A stretch of 64,000 bases of DNA, taken from the NCBI GenBank assembly GCA_963725865.1, contig CAVSAC010000010.1:256001-320000 (forward strand), in the 5' to 3' direction. The position numbers were made by a program, and so were the translations under genes. This document shows positions 56,101-64,000 of the stretch, in pieces (positions within the stretch are counted from its first letter, which is position 1; each line of letters starts with the position of its first letter). The DNA is from Candidatus Eiseniibacteriota bacterium. GTDB taxonomy: Bacteria; Eisenbacteria; RBG-16-71-46. The notes beneath the pieces were generated by a model. The model did not search any database and was not told the origin of the DNA. It saw nothing but the letters and a program-made list of their open reading frames with translations.

Positions 56101-56160
56101 GCCGGTGGCGGGCAGCGCGTGCAGCGCCAGCAGGGTCGCGAGGACGAGGGCGGGACGCAT
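53143..56160 (-). CDS. S8 subtilisin-like protease with FG-GAP repeats and FlgD-Ig/T9SS-type C-terminal domain
   Basis: Triad LDTG / HGT / GTSFAAP; DLDGDG repeats; YDVAGRRV...WDGRD...AGLYFARL. Confidence 0.9.
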   Translation of the reverse strand: MRPALVLATLLALHALPATGVRAAGLADLPRFVPGAAATVPGWRSDRIELRLRTAAARAAVPLGTRTPMRDALAAPLGVVAVDGLARTLGVALTPEFADEPAPAPEASEPDLTAYWVAALPPGLDLADALARFAALPEVESASPIAVVPVSIVSRDSLMNDCSWLLQLSGHDIHATEAWDLTTGDSSIVVAVLDTGVLPYHPDLGGVVAGRHGNLFVNAAERDGVAGVDDDGNGAVDDVAGYDFVALGAATGVASGEDWRDADADPNDFAGHGTAVAGLIGAIGDNDIGLPGVAWTVRLLPVRVAWSDVAAPLGLVDMSFVAQGIRYATRSGARVINASFATVSTPGLVDATSAAVRAGVAIVLAAGNSGQPQELGLRGDVITVAAVDGADVVAAFSNQGGHVDVAAPGVGLLSTGVAHVGGDSLGLRQPTYWSALSGTSFAAPLVSGTLALAQADRLHHGRRPLDAWGALLRVRDTADDIAALQPANTRIGTGRLDARGVLDDRATSLAIRGRALTIGPPVVISQPAGLPRLVYATQDQKLLILDGARGDTVRVVSLGGRPARLLAAADMGGGRGVRIYAGLTSSRLAGFDRDGNALAGFPVDGPGVLWPLTGGPALGDLDGDGVLDVVCGAQDGSVWAWDADGVLKAGFPVALGGAAVDLPVALAPLDESPGDEIVAVAADGTLHALAGDGGELAGFPIALGGVPVAPVIARFDAGAAPLILAAAGGTLRALRADGSTHFSVPLGGSAVQDPALADLDGDQRPEIVVALATPSALAAFDSSGAPLGSRGWPRALGAIPTGPPVAGHFLGGARGGVLLMLGSGLAAFDDSARALPRFPMPGGAGLQPTLADLDGDLATEVAAGTGPDSTLFIYDMGAGSGDPAPSWSTPRGDFARSGAVAAHPSALAIGPSPPRAGALALAVGRRPSGLPVRLTWSGAVAAPSRLALYDVAGRRVRGFRLGAQAEGRLEWDGRDEAGSLVPAGLYFARLTSGSLHVQTRVVLLP

Positions 56161-56226
56161 GGGCGGAAACGACGAGCGACCGGGACCCGGCAAGGGGCGT
56201 GGGCTCCGGTCGCTGTGTCGTGCGGG

Positions 56227-56256
56227 ATTCTACGGAGATGGCGTGCGCAGGGTCAA
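56227..56256 (-). promoter_or_regulatory. sigma70-type promoter of the S8 protease
   Basis: TTGACC-N18-TAGAAT. Confidence 0.6.
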
Positions 56257-56333
56257 GACATGAGCGCCGGGCGCACGACTCCGGTGAACCCGCGTCGCGT
56301 GCGTCGGATGCGCTGCGCGGGAGCCTGGCGGGC

Positions 56334-56362
56334 TTGACTCGTCCCGAGCCGGGCGGCACACT
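56334..56362 (+). promoter_or_regulatory. sigma70-type promoter of pyrE
   Basis: TTGACT-N17-CACACT. Confidence 0.45.
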
Positions 56363-56404
56363 CCTGCCCGCTCGCCCGCCTCACCACGACTGACAAGGGG
56401 TCCC

Positions 56405-56962
56405 ATGGAAGCGAATCACCGGGAGCGCCTCCGCCAGATGCTGCTCGAACGCTCGATGCGGTTCGGCGAGTTCGTGCTCAGCAGCGGCGTCACCTCGAAC
56501 TACTACATCGACGTGCGCAAGACCAGCCTGCACCCGGAGGGCCTGCGGCTGATCTCGCGGCTGTTCTGGGAGATCCTGGAGAGCGAGCGCGTGACCGCCG
56601 TCGGCGGCCTGACCATGGGCGCCGATCCGCTGGTCGCGGGCGTGATGCTGCACAGCGCCGAGGTCGGCAAGCCGATCGAGGGCTTTCTGGTGCGTCGCAC
56701 CACCAAGGATCACGGACTGCGCGGGCAGGTCGAGGGCAATCTCGCCGGTCACAAGCGCGTCGCGATCCTCGATGACGTGATCACCAGCGGCGAGAGCGCG
56801 CTGATCGCCGCCGAGGCCGCGGAGTCGTACAAGGCCGAGGTGGTGAAGGTGCTGGCGGTGGTGGACCGCGGCCAGGGCGCCCAGCAGATCTTCCAGCAGC
56901 GGAACTACCCTTACACCGCGTTGTTCCCCATCGGCGAACTGCTGCCCGCCGAGCGCGGCTGA
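56405..56962 (+). CDS. pyrE: Orotate phosphoribosyltransferase
   Basis: FVLSSG..SNYYID, VRR..KDHG, PRPP motif ILDDVITSGES. Confidence 0.95.
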   Translation: MEANHRERLRQMLLERSMRFGEFVLSSGVTSNYYIDVRKTSLHPEGLRLISRLFWEILESERVTAVGGLTMGADPLVAGVMLHSAEVGKPIEGFLVRRTTKDHGLRGQVEGNLAGHKRVAILDDVITSGESALIAAEAAESYKAEVVKVLAVVDRGQGAQQIFQQRNYPYTALFPIGELLPAERG

Positions 56963-56989
56963 GCCCTACGCCCCCCGTGACGTGCGCCG

Positions 56990-57016
56990 CAAGTCCGGAC
57001 CTCGTCCGGCCGATAT
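56990..57016 (+). promoter_or_regulatory. sigma28-like promoter upstream of the ExeA-SPOR gene
   Basis: CAAG-N15-GCCGATAT. Confidence 0.6.
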
Positions 57017-57069
57017 CACATGGGTGGCGGGCAGGATGCCCGCGCTCCGTCCCACAGGGCTGATCCTCC

Positions 57070-59035
57070 ATGTTCGAGCGACATTTCGGTCTGCGTGAAA
57101 ACCCGTTCGTCGCGGGTCACCAGCACCGTTTCGTCTATCCGAGCCCCGAGCACCTCGAAGCACTCGCCCACCTGCGCTACGGCATCGAGAACCGCGAGCC
57201 CTTCGTGCTCATCACGGGCGAGGTCGGGACGGGCAAGACCACCGCGTTGTACGATGCCCTCTCCGAGTGGGAGTCGCGCGTGGTGGTCGCGCTCATCACC
57301 AACTCCGCGCTGACGCGCGCCGAACTGCTCGAGGAGATCGCGCTGCGCTTCGGCGTGATCGTGCACCCCGGCTCGAGCAAGCCCCAGATCATGACCGCGC
57401 TCGAGCGCCACCTGCTCGCCGTGCGCGCCCAGCAGCACCGCGCCATCCTGCTGCTCGACGAGGCGCAGAACCTCGAGCGCGAGCTGCTCGAGGAGATCCG
57501 GCTGCTCTCCAACCTCGAGAACGCCGGCGACAACCTGTTGCAGGTGGTACTGGTCGGCCAGCCCGAGCTCGAGGAGAAGCTCGCGCGCCCGGAGCTGCGC
57601 CAGCTGCGTCAGCGCATCACCGTGCACTATCGCCTCAGCTCGCTGAGCCCGGAGGACACCGAGCGCTACATCCAGCACCGCGTCTCGGTCGCCGGTGGCC
57701 ATGCGCTGAGCGTGTTCCCGACCGATTCGTGCCGCGCCATCCACCGGCTCACGACCGGGATCCCGCGCGAGATCAATCATCTCGCGGCGCAGGCGATGCT
57801 GACCGCCTACGTCGACGACGCGCCCAACGTGCGGGTCGAGCATGTCGAGGTCGCCGCGCGCGAGATCCAGTTCAAGAGCGTCTCGCGCCCGGGGGTGGCC
57901 GGCGAGCCTCCACTGCCGCGCTCGTTCGCGCCTCCACTCGCCGCGGAGCCGTGGCCGGTCGCGATGGCGCCGCCGCCGCAGGTGCCGGCCGAGCCGCCGG
58001 CACCGATGCCGACGCCGCTGCCGGTGCCCGCCAGACCCGAGCCGCGCAGCGTGGCTCCCGAGGGCCCGCACCGCACGGCCTCGTCGGCGGCCTGGGACGC
58101 GTGGATGTCCGCGATCGCAAACCCGGCGGATGCCGCCAGGCAGCACGAAGCTCACGCGACCGCGCCACCATCGCCCGCACCGCCCGCGTACACGCCGCCG
58201 GTCATCCACCCGCCGATCCCGCTCGCACCGCGCGCGCGCGAGTCCGAGTCCGACTTCGCGACGCGCCTCGATGCCGCGGCGCTCGCACCGGCCGCGGCGC
58301 CCGCCGCGCGCCCGCGCCCCCGCGGTGACTCACGAATCGGAGCTGCCGGCCGCGGAGTATCTGCCCGCGCGGCTGCGCGAAAAGCTCGAGCGCGACACGG
58401 CCGAAGCGGAGCCGCCGCGGAATCCCGTCATGCCGTGGCTCATCGCGGTCGGTGCGGTCGCGGTGATCGGGATCAGCGTGGTGCTCTGGATGCGATTCCG
58501 CGATGGCCGCGCCGCGACCGCCAGCACGCCGACGCCCGCGCCGGCCGCTCGTGCCGCCGCGACCGTGCCGATGGCGGCGGACAGCGCGCTGCGCGCGGCG
58601 CGCGACAGCAGCTCCGCGGCGCGCGACAGCGTGGCCGCCGCACCGACCGCCGACACGCCGCTCGCGTCGGTGCCCGAGGCGGCGACTACTGGCGCGGCAT
58701 CGCTCCCGATGCTCGGGAGCCGGGCGCCCGCGGTGGCCACGTCGCCATTCGCCACGCGGACCCCCGCCACGACCCCGATGCGTTACGGCGTGGTCGTGCG
58801 CACGCTCATCGTGCGCGAGCGCGCCGATGCCGAGCGCGACCGCCTCGAAGCTGCGACCGGACTGCCGGCACGCGTGATGGTGGTGAAGGAGCCTGAAGGC
58901 GAGTCCTATCGCGTCGTGGTCGGCGAATGGAGCGACCGCGTGAGCGCCGAGCGCGGCGCCAGCGACCTGATCCGCCAGGGCCAGGTCGACGAGGCCCGCG
59001 TCGTCTCGATCGGGCGCGCGCCCGCAAGGCCCTGA
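57070..59035 (+). CDS. ExeA/GspA-family AAA ATPase with TM helix and C-terminal SPOR domain, frameshifted near 58320
   Basis: HFGLRENPF, GEVGTGKTT, DEAQNL, GQPEL, GIPREIN; the second frame gives a TM (WLIAVGAVAVIGISVVLW) and SPOR-like YGVVV...YRVVVG. Confidence 0.82.
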
Positions 59036-59146
59036 GGGCGTGCGAGACGCTCATCCGAGCTTCTTCGAGGCAGAACCGCGGCGGTCGCCGCGCCACTTGC
59101 CGCGAACGCCCGCGACACGCTAGCTTGTCGCGCCTTCCGAACGTGC

Positions 59147-59219
<73 letters not shown>

Positions 59220-59333
59220 CTCTTCCGGCCTGGGCCGAACCGCACCGCGCCTAGCCTCGTCAGTCGAGTGAAAGGGACTGTGCAAGAGTCTGTCACTCGC
59301 GATGGGAGGGTGCGGCTTCGGTAGAACGCGGCG

Positions 59334-59996
59334 CTACTTCGACGCGAACATCGCGTGCACCCCGACCGTGACGGCGGAGAAGTCCTGCAGGTCGTTCATC
59401 CCGCCCCAGCCCCAAGCGCTCCGCTCGCCCATGCGCACGTAGTGGAGCGTCGCGTTCACCCCCAACACCATACGTGAGGAGGTCTGCAGATCGAGCCCGA
59501 TTGAACCGTACCCGCCGGCAACGAGCTTGATGTTGCCCAATCCTGGCCCCTCGACGGTTGCGTACGTGCCGGCGGGCCATTGCTGGTCGAGGTTGAGATT
59601 CAAGCGGTAGACGCCCGCTCCGACCCTCATCCAGGGCGCGTAGCGTTCGCCCGCCGGGACCACCAGCTTCACATGACCCGTAATCTGCAACGCTGACAAT
59701 GCCCAGTCAGAGCCCGCCAGCGCCTCCATGCGTTCAGTCATCAGATAGCGGTTGAACGCGGTCTCGTATCCCGACGAAGCGGGCCAGTAGTGGTAGGCCA
59801 GATCCGCGCCGACGCCAACGTAAGCATTCTGCATGTGAGTGATCGTCACGCCGGCGCCCACGCCGAGCTGTGTGTTGCCGATGTCGCCGGCGGGCGTGGG
59901 GAAGTGCAACTGGGCCCCGAGCCATGTGGTCCCCGCCTCGGCTGGCGTCGTGAAGACGAGGCACGAGAAGACCAGCGTGAGAATTCTGCGCGGCAT
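59334..59996 (-). CDS. Small outer-membrane beta-barrel protein (copy 1, 220 aa)
   Basis: Signal peptide, amphipathic strands, APWMRVGAGVY, terminal strand VTVGVHAMF; RBS AAGGGAG. Confidence 0.75.
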   Translation of the reverse strand: MPRRILTLVFSCLVFTTPAEAGTTWLGAQLHFPTPAGDIGNTQLGVGAGVTITHMQNAYVGVGADLAYHYWPASSGYETAFNRYLMTERMEALAGSDWALSALQITGHVKLVVPAGERYAPWMRVGAGVYRLNLNLDQQWPAGTYATVEGPGLGNIKLVAGGYGSIGLDLQTSSRMVLGVNATLHYVRMGERSAWGWGGMNDLQDFSAVTVGVHAMFASK

Positions 59997-60113
59997 TCGG
60001 TCTCTCCCTTTCTTCAGGGCCTGCTCAGCGCACCACCCAAGGACGATCACGGTTCCGCGGGTCGCTCAGCCTCTGGGCGGTGTCATAAGTCCTCAACTGG
60101 CGCGGTCACGGTA

Positions 60114-60524
60114 TCAGTTCGTATAGAAGATCAGGACGTGGCGAGTGGCATAGCCACCCTTCCCATCGGTCGCGGAGCAGAAGACGAAGGCGGTGTCGTT
60201 GGGATGCGGCCAGGTCGGCGAACGATAGAAGACCATCGTAGCGCTGGGCGTGTGGTAGATGGTGTTGTCGTAGGGGCTCGTTGAGCCTTTCCGGACCAAC
60301 CCGTTGTAGGGCTCCCAGTCGTAGAGCAGTGGGCCGCCGTTGGGATTGGTCGCGGTGATCGTGATCATCGTCGAGTCTCCCGGGCCAAGGACCGCGGGAA
60401 AGGCCACGACGGATGAGATGACCGGCCGGCGGGTGATCGGCTCGGTGATGAACTTCTGGCACCCACCTAAGCCAACCATGAACACGAGCAGGAAGGCAGC
60501 CTTCAGCCACGGCCTCTTTCGCAT
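60114..60524 (-). CDS. Lipoprotein with Ig/PKD-like domain (copy 1)
   Basis: Lipobox LGG|C; P.ISSV.A.P...ITATNPNG..L.YDW...ATDGKGG. Confidence 0.75.
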   Translation of the reverse strand: MRKRPWLKAAFLLVFMVGLGGCQKFITEPITRRPVISSVVAFPAVLGPGDSTMITITATNPNGGPLLYDWEPYNGLVRKGSTSPYDNTIYHTPSATMVFYRSPTWPHPNDTAFVFCSATDGKGGYATRHVLIFYTN

Positions 60525-60867
60525 GACGGCTTCTCCTCGCTTCACGGTGGGAACTCGAACTCTACACCCGCGACAGCGCGACGATGGCGGGCGAGCCTCC
60601 GAGGATGAACTTCCATGGCTCCACGGCCAGCACTACGTCGTTGATGGCCCTCCTAGACCGCCCCGCCTCGAAGGACCGAGTTCCTACCGAATTCTGTCAT
60701 CAGCCCATCCTCCACTTCCGACTGCGCTGCGGTCCAACGGGCCGATCAAGCGGGATTCGCGCTGCCAGAAGACGGCCGGAGTCTATCATTCTAGCAGTTC
60801 CGCCCAGTCCTGCCCCGCTGAGAGCTTGGGAACCTCGCCTCGACCGCCAAGTCTGGGCACCGAAGCC

Positions 60868-60950
60868 GCGTCAGGCCGCCGTTCCAATGGCCGCCCGCAA
60901 CGCTCCCATCCCCCGCAGCCACCCCAGCACTCGGTTCGAATTCTCGATGG
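60868..60950 (+). repeat. ~83-bp conserved unit-terminal element, copy 1
   Basis: Aligns ungapped with 62809-62891 (about 14 mismatches by hand count); ends GGTTCGAATTCTCGATGG. Confidence 0.85.
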
Positions 60951-61135
60951 TCACTTGAGTACTTGGAATAGGTCATCTCGTCATAGGGACCCGTACCCTG
61001 ACCGGTATCAAACACGACGACAGCTCCCGGCTCCGGGGCAGCGACTTTGGTAGGTGGCGAAGGCGACGGGCTGCAGCCACAGCTCAACACGCTTAGAAGG
61101 GCTGACAATGCGACCAGCCGAGCCTGCTTGCTCAT
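60951..61135 (-). pseudogene. 5' fragment of a putative lipoprotein gene truncated at the repeat element
   Basis: MSKQARLVALSALLSVLSCGC signal/lipobox; the frame runs into the repeat at 60950. Confidence 0.5.
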
Positions 61136-61357
61136 CGAGGGCATTCCTTTTCTGAGGGTCACGGTTCTCGATGAAGTGTAGCCGCAGCCGTCCAAGCGCT
61201 GCCACTCTCCCACACCGTTCTGTGGAACGTCAGTGAAGATGACACCGGCTAGTGCGTCCGTGATTCTGTCACCCCATGGCCCTCATGGTGGCCGGGGTCG
61301 GACCCTAGCTCACGCCCTCGACGCTCACGCCGCCACGAGAACCTGCCGTAGCGTGTC

Positions 61358-61401
61358 CATGCGTCGCAGCCATCCCACCAGCCGCTTCGAATTCTCGATG
61401 G
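61358..61401 (+). repeat. Degenerate copy 2 of the unit-terminal element
   Basis: CGCAGCCATCCCACCAGCCGCTTCGAATTCTCGATGG matches the 3' half of copies 1 and 3. Confidence 0.75.
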
Positions 61402-61518
61402 TTGGGCACGCTCATCGCGCACTCGAGAACTGCACCGCGCCTCGTCAGTCGAGTAATCGGGACGACTCCAGAGGCCATCACTCGCGGTGCGCCGACGCAG
61501 CCGCGTGCGCGCGCGGCC

Positions 61519-62181
61519 CTACTTCCCCCCGAACAGCGCGTGCACCCCGACCGTGAAGGCGGTGAAGTCCGGCATGTCGCTCATCCCGCCCCAGCCCCAG
61601 GTGCCGGTCTGCCGGGACCGCACATAGTGGAACGTCGCATCCACGCCCAGCACCACGGGTGAGGAGACGTGAAAGTCGAGACCGACCCCGCCATACCCAC
61701 CCGCCACGACCCGGATGTTGCCCGACCCAGCTCCCTCGACCCAGGCATAGGTACCTTCCGGCTTCCTCTGGTCGAGGTTGAGATTCAATCGATAGACACC
61801 TGCGCCGACCTGCATCCAGGGCGCGAAGTGTTCGCCTGCCGGGGCGACGAGCTTCACGTGACCCGTGAGCTGGAACGCGGACAATGCCCACTCAGAGCCC
61901 TCGAGCGCTTCCATGCGCCGGGTCCTCAGGTAGCGGTCGAACGCGGCCTCGTATCCCGACGAAGCGGGCCAGTAGTGATAGACCAGGTCCGCCCCGACGC
62001 CGAAGTGCGCGTTCTCCATGTGAGTGACCGTCACGCCGGCGTCCGCACCGAGCTGCGTGTCGCCGATGTCGAGGGTGGGCACGGGGAACTGCATTTGGGC
62101 CCCGGCCCAGGTCGCCCCGCCCTCGGCAGGCGCCGCGGAAGCGAGGATTGCGACCGCCAGCAGCAGTCTCCCGAGCGGCAT
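61519..62181 (-). CDS. Small outer-membrane beta-barrel protein (copy 2, 220 aa)
   Basis: Same length as and clearly homologous to copy 1 (YHYWPASSGYE, GAGVYRLNLNLDQ shared). Confidence 0.75.
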   Translation of the reverse strand: MPLGRLLLAVAILASAAPAEGGATWAGAQMQFPVPTLDIGDTQLGADAGVTVTHMENAHFGVGADLVYHYWPASSGYEAAFDRYLRTRRMEALEGSEWALSAFQLTGHVKLVAPAGEHFAPWMQVGAGVYRLNLNLDQRKPEGTYAWVEGAGSGNIRVVAGGYGGVGLDFHVSSPVVLGVDATFHYVRSRQTGTWGWGGMSDMPDFTAFTVGVHALFGGK

Positions 62182-62291
62182 GCGACGCGCACGTCTCGGG
62201 GGCCCGGCCGGACCCCGCCACCCGAAGGCCGCACGATAGGCGCCTCGCACGAGACATCTCTCAGGAGTTTCCAAGTGTCGCGGCCTCGAGG

Positions 62292-62693
62292 TCAGTTCCG
62301 GTACAAGATCAAGATCTGGCGGCTGTCACTACCACCTTTGCCGTCCCTCGCGGCGCACCAGACGAAGGCGGTGTCGACAGAGGGCGGCGAAGCCGTCGAG
62401 CGATAAAAGACCATCGAGGGATTACCAGTGTTGTTCCAGATGGAGCCCTCACCGTAGTGGCTCCTCATGACCAGTCCGTTGTAGCCCGCCCAGTCGTAAA
62501 CCAGGGCGTCACCGTCGGGATCGGTGGCGAAAACCGTGACCATCGTCGAATCACCCGGGCCGAGGATTGTGGGAAACGCGATGACCGACGCGATGACTGG
62601 CCGACGGGTGATCGGTTCGGTGACGTATTTCTGGCACGCTCCTGTGCCGACCACGAGCACGAAGGCGGCACTCAGCCAAGCCTTGGTTCGCAT
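62292..62693 (-). CDS. Lipoprotein with Ig/PKD-like domain (copy 2)
   Basis: Lipobox TGA|C; shares TEPITRRPVI, LGPGDSTM, MVFYRS, DGKGG with copy 1. Confidence 0.75.
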   Translation of the reverse strand: MRTKAWLSAAFVLVVGTGACQKYVTEPITRRPVIASVIAFPTILGPGDSTMVTVFATDPDGDALVYDWAGYNGLVMRSHYGEGSIWNNTGNPSMVFYRSTASPPSVDTAFVWCAARDGKGGSDSRQILILYRN

Positions 62694-62808
62694 GGCTCAT
62701 CTGCTCCTTGGCTCACTTGGGGGGAAGGCAACCGTACACCCGCGCCAACTCGTGGTCGAATGACGAGCCACTGAGGCAAGGGCTCCGCAACGTCGCGACC
62801 CTCCCGGA

Positions 62809-62891
62809 GCGTCAGGCCCCCGCTCCAATGGCCTCCCGCAATGCCCCCATTCCCTGCAACCAGCCTGTCAATCGGTTCGAACTCTCGATGG
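62809..62891 (+). repeat. ~83-bp conserved unit-terminal element, copy 3
   Basis: Homologous to 60868-60950; immediately followed by CTGGGGACGC (tRNA 3'-end-like). Confidence 0.85.
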
Positions 62892-62946
62892 CTGGGGACG
62901 CCAAAGACATCCGACACCCTCATCAAACCCTTCCGCGACGCTCTGT

Positions 62947-63139
62947 TCATCTCGCGACCGCCACCGGAACGGTCCGACTACCTCCTGCGAAGTTGAGCCG
63001 CGCGTAGTAGACGCCATTCGCCACGCGCGCTCCCTCCCGCGTCACAAGCTCCCACGTCACGGTCTTTCGTCCGCGTACGAGCGCGCCGTCGAACGGCGTG
63101 GCGATGCGCCGCCCCTGCGCGTCGAACACCTCGAGCTTG
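62947..63139 (-). pseudogene. Orphan 3' end of a gene with FlgD-Ig/T9SS-type C-terminal domain, cut by an IS91-like end
   Basis: KLEVFDAQGRRIAT...W....GARVANGVYYARL; no native 5' part. Confidence 0.7.
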
Positions 63140-63615
63140 AGGATAGGAATTACCTTCCCTCGCTCGCGAGCATAGCCACCGCTCCGGTCATCTCCCAACG
63201 GCGTTCCCCGCCCGCACGGCGTCGCCGCGTCGGCCTCAGCTCCGCGGTTGCCTGTCGCGCACCCCCGGATATCTCCGCGCCGGGATACCCGATGCCCTCG
63301 CACGAGAGCCCTCGCGCCCCACCGCGCGCACTTCTCCCTCCGCCCGCCCGAGAGCTGGCCTGCTCCACTCGATCGCCGCCCACTCCGCGGTGCTCCACCG
63401 CTACCCCGTCCCGGCCCACGGTCCCGCCCGCGCATCGACCACGCGCCGTTCGACGTGCACGAGGATGCGCGTGATCACCGCGGGCTCGATCACGAACGCG
63501 ACGATCCGCATCTCGCCGCCGAATCTCGGACAGACCTCCGCGTCCGCCTGGAAGCGCATCCGCGACAACTCCGCCCAGCGTCGCCGCCGCGCCCGGAGCG
63601 CCGGCCAGCTCGAAC
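63140..63615 (-). mobile_element. IS91-family (rolling-circle) relic: transposase C-terminal fragment plus oriIS
   Basis: 63615-63401 translates RRRRWAELSRMRFQAD.EVCPRFGGEMRIVAFVIEPAVITRILVH...RAGP; the end reads ...GGTAATTCCTATCCT followed by CAAG. Confidence 0.75.
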
Positions 63616-63667
63616 GTACTGGGCGCGCGTCGCGATACGACTGCTGCCATCCTTGCGGGGGCCGGTC

Positions 63668-64000
63668 TCAGTGCGAAACGCTGACCCACGAAGCCGCGGC
63701 GAATCGCACGAGGCTGCCACCCGCAAGTGTTGAGACCCAGACGGCCTGCCCGGACCACGTCAGGTTCGTGATCGCCATCCCGCTGATCTCTCTCGTCGCG
63801 ATGACGTCGTGCGTGCGCGGATCAAGCCGGGACAGCGCGTAGCCGCCGGAGTTCATGTCGCGCCTGCTGCCAACCCACAACGAGCCACCACCCATGGCCA
63901 TGCATCGTGGCCAGCCCTTCGTCGAAGTGGAGAGCTGCTCCTTGCCGCTGCGGGCGTCCCAGCGCGTCACGAACTGCGCCATGCCGTTCAGGGAGAAGAG
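63668..64000 (-). CDS. 3' end of a beta-propeller-like protein (starts beyond the window)
   Basis: GGGSLWVGS...LSRLDP.T..V, AVWVST..GSLVRF blade-like repeats. Confidence 0.5.
   Translation of the reverse strand, partial: LFSLNGMAQFVTRWDARSGKEQLSTSTKGWPRCMAMGGGSLWVGSRRDMNSGGYALSRLDPRTHDVIATREISGMAITNLTWSGQAVWVSTLAGGSLVRFAAASWVSVSH

Noticed and set aside
57070..58896. ExeA and SPOR parts as two separate overlapping genes
   Set aside because: The first frame becomes non-protein-like after ~58320 and would overlap the second by more than 500 bp; a single frameshifted gene is simpler.
61385..61413. Additional tRNA genes at the TTCGAA-containing repeats (also 62874-62901)
   Set aside because: Only T-loop and acceptor 3' fragments are present; no D arm, anticodon arm or 5' acceptor strand.

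Overview
Very GC-rich diderm bacterial chromosome segment, probably a long-read MAG. The gene content (Myxococcus-like type IVa pilus locus, PorU/PorV and FlgD-Ig-type C-terminal sorting domains) suggests an FCB-related candidate phylum such as Ca. Eisenbacteria, but this is inference only. From about 52.5 kb down to 1 almost every gene is on the minus strand. In transcription order they are: M23 peptidase, dnaE, accA, a Trm112-like gene, a type IX secretion-like block (porU, porV, M6 protease, two membrane proteins, NHL protein, a 1122-aa OM protein, BamA/TamA-like), dinG, hutH-hutU-hutI-ftcd, an SgmX-like TPR protein, a PHP hydrolase, an ECF S-component plus OM barrel, comEA, and the T4aP locus (pilB-T-C-S-R, two pilins, PilH/I/G-like ABC module, pilM-N-O-P, 5' end of probable pilQ). 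These are followed by a sigma54-driven lipoprotein, an S8 protease, pyrE, an ExeA-SPOR protein and tRNA-Glu(UUC). Downstream of the tRNA is a lower-GC accessory array. Its units begin with degenerate copies of the tRNA 3' end and finish with a conserved ~83-bp element. It carries a duplicated lipoprotein + beta-barrel pair and an IS91-family relic. A two-tier pilus regulatory code is readable by eye: sigma28-like promoters on machine genes, and sigma54 promoters with TGCG-N3-CGCA sites on the pilins. Four genes carry single frameshifts, most likely sequencing indels. All calls come from motif recognition; no database searches were run.
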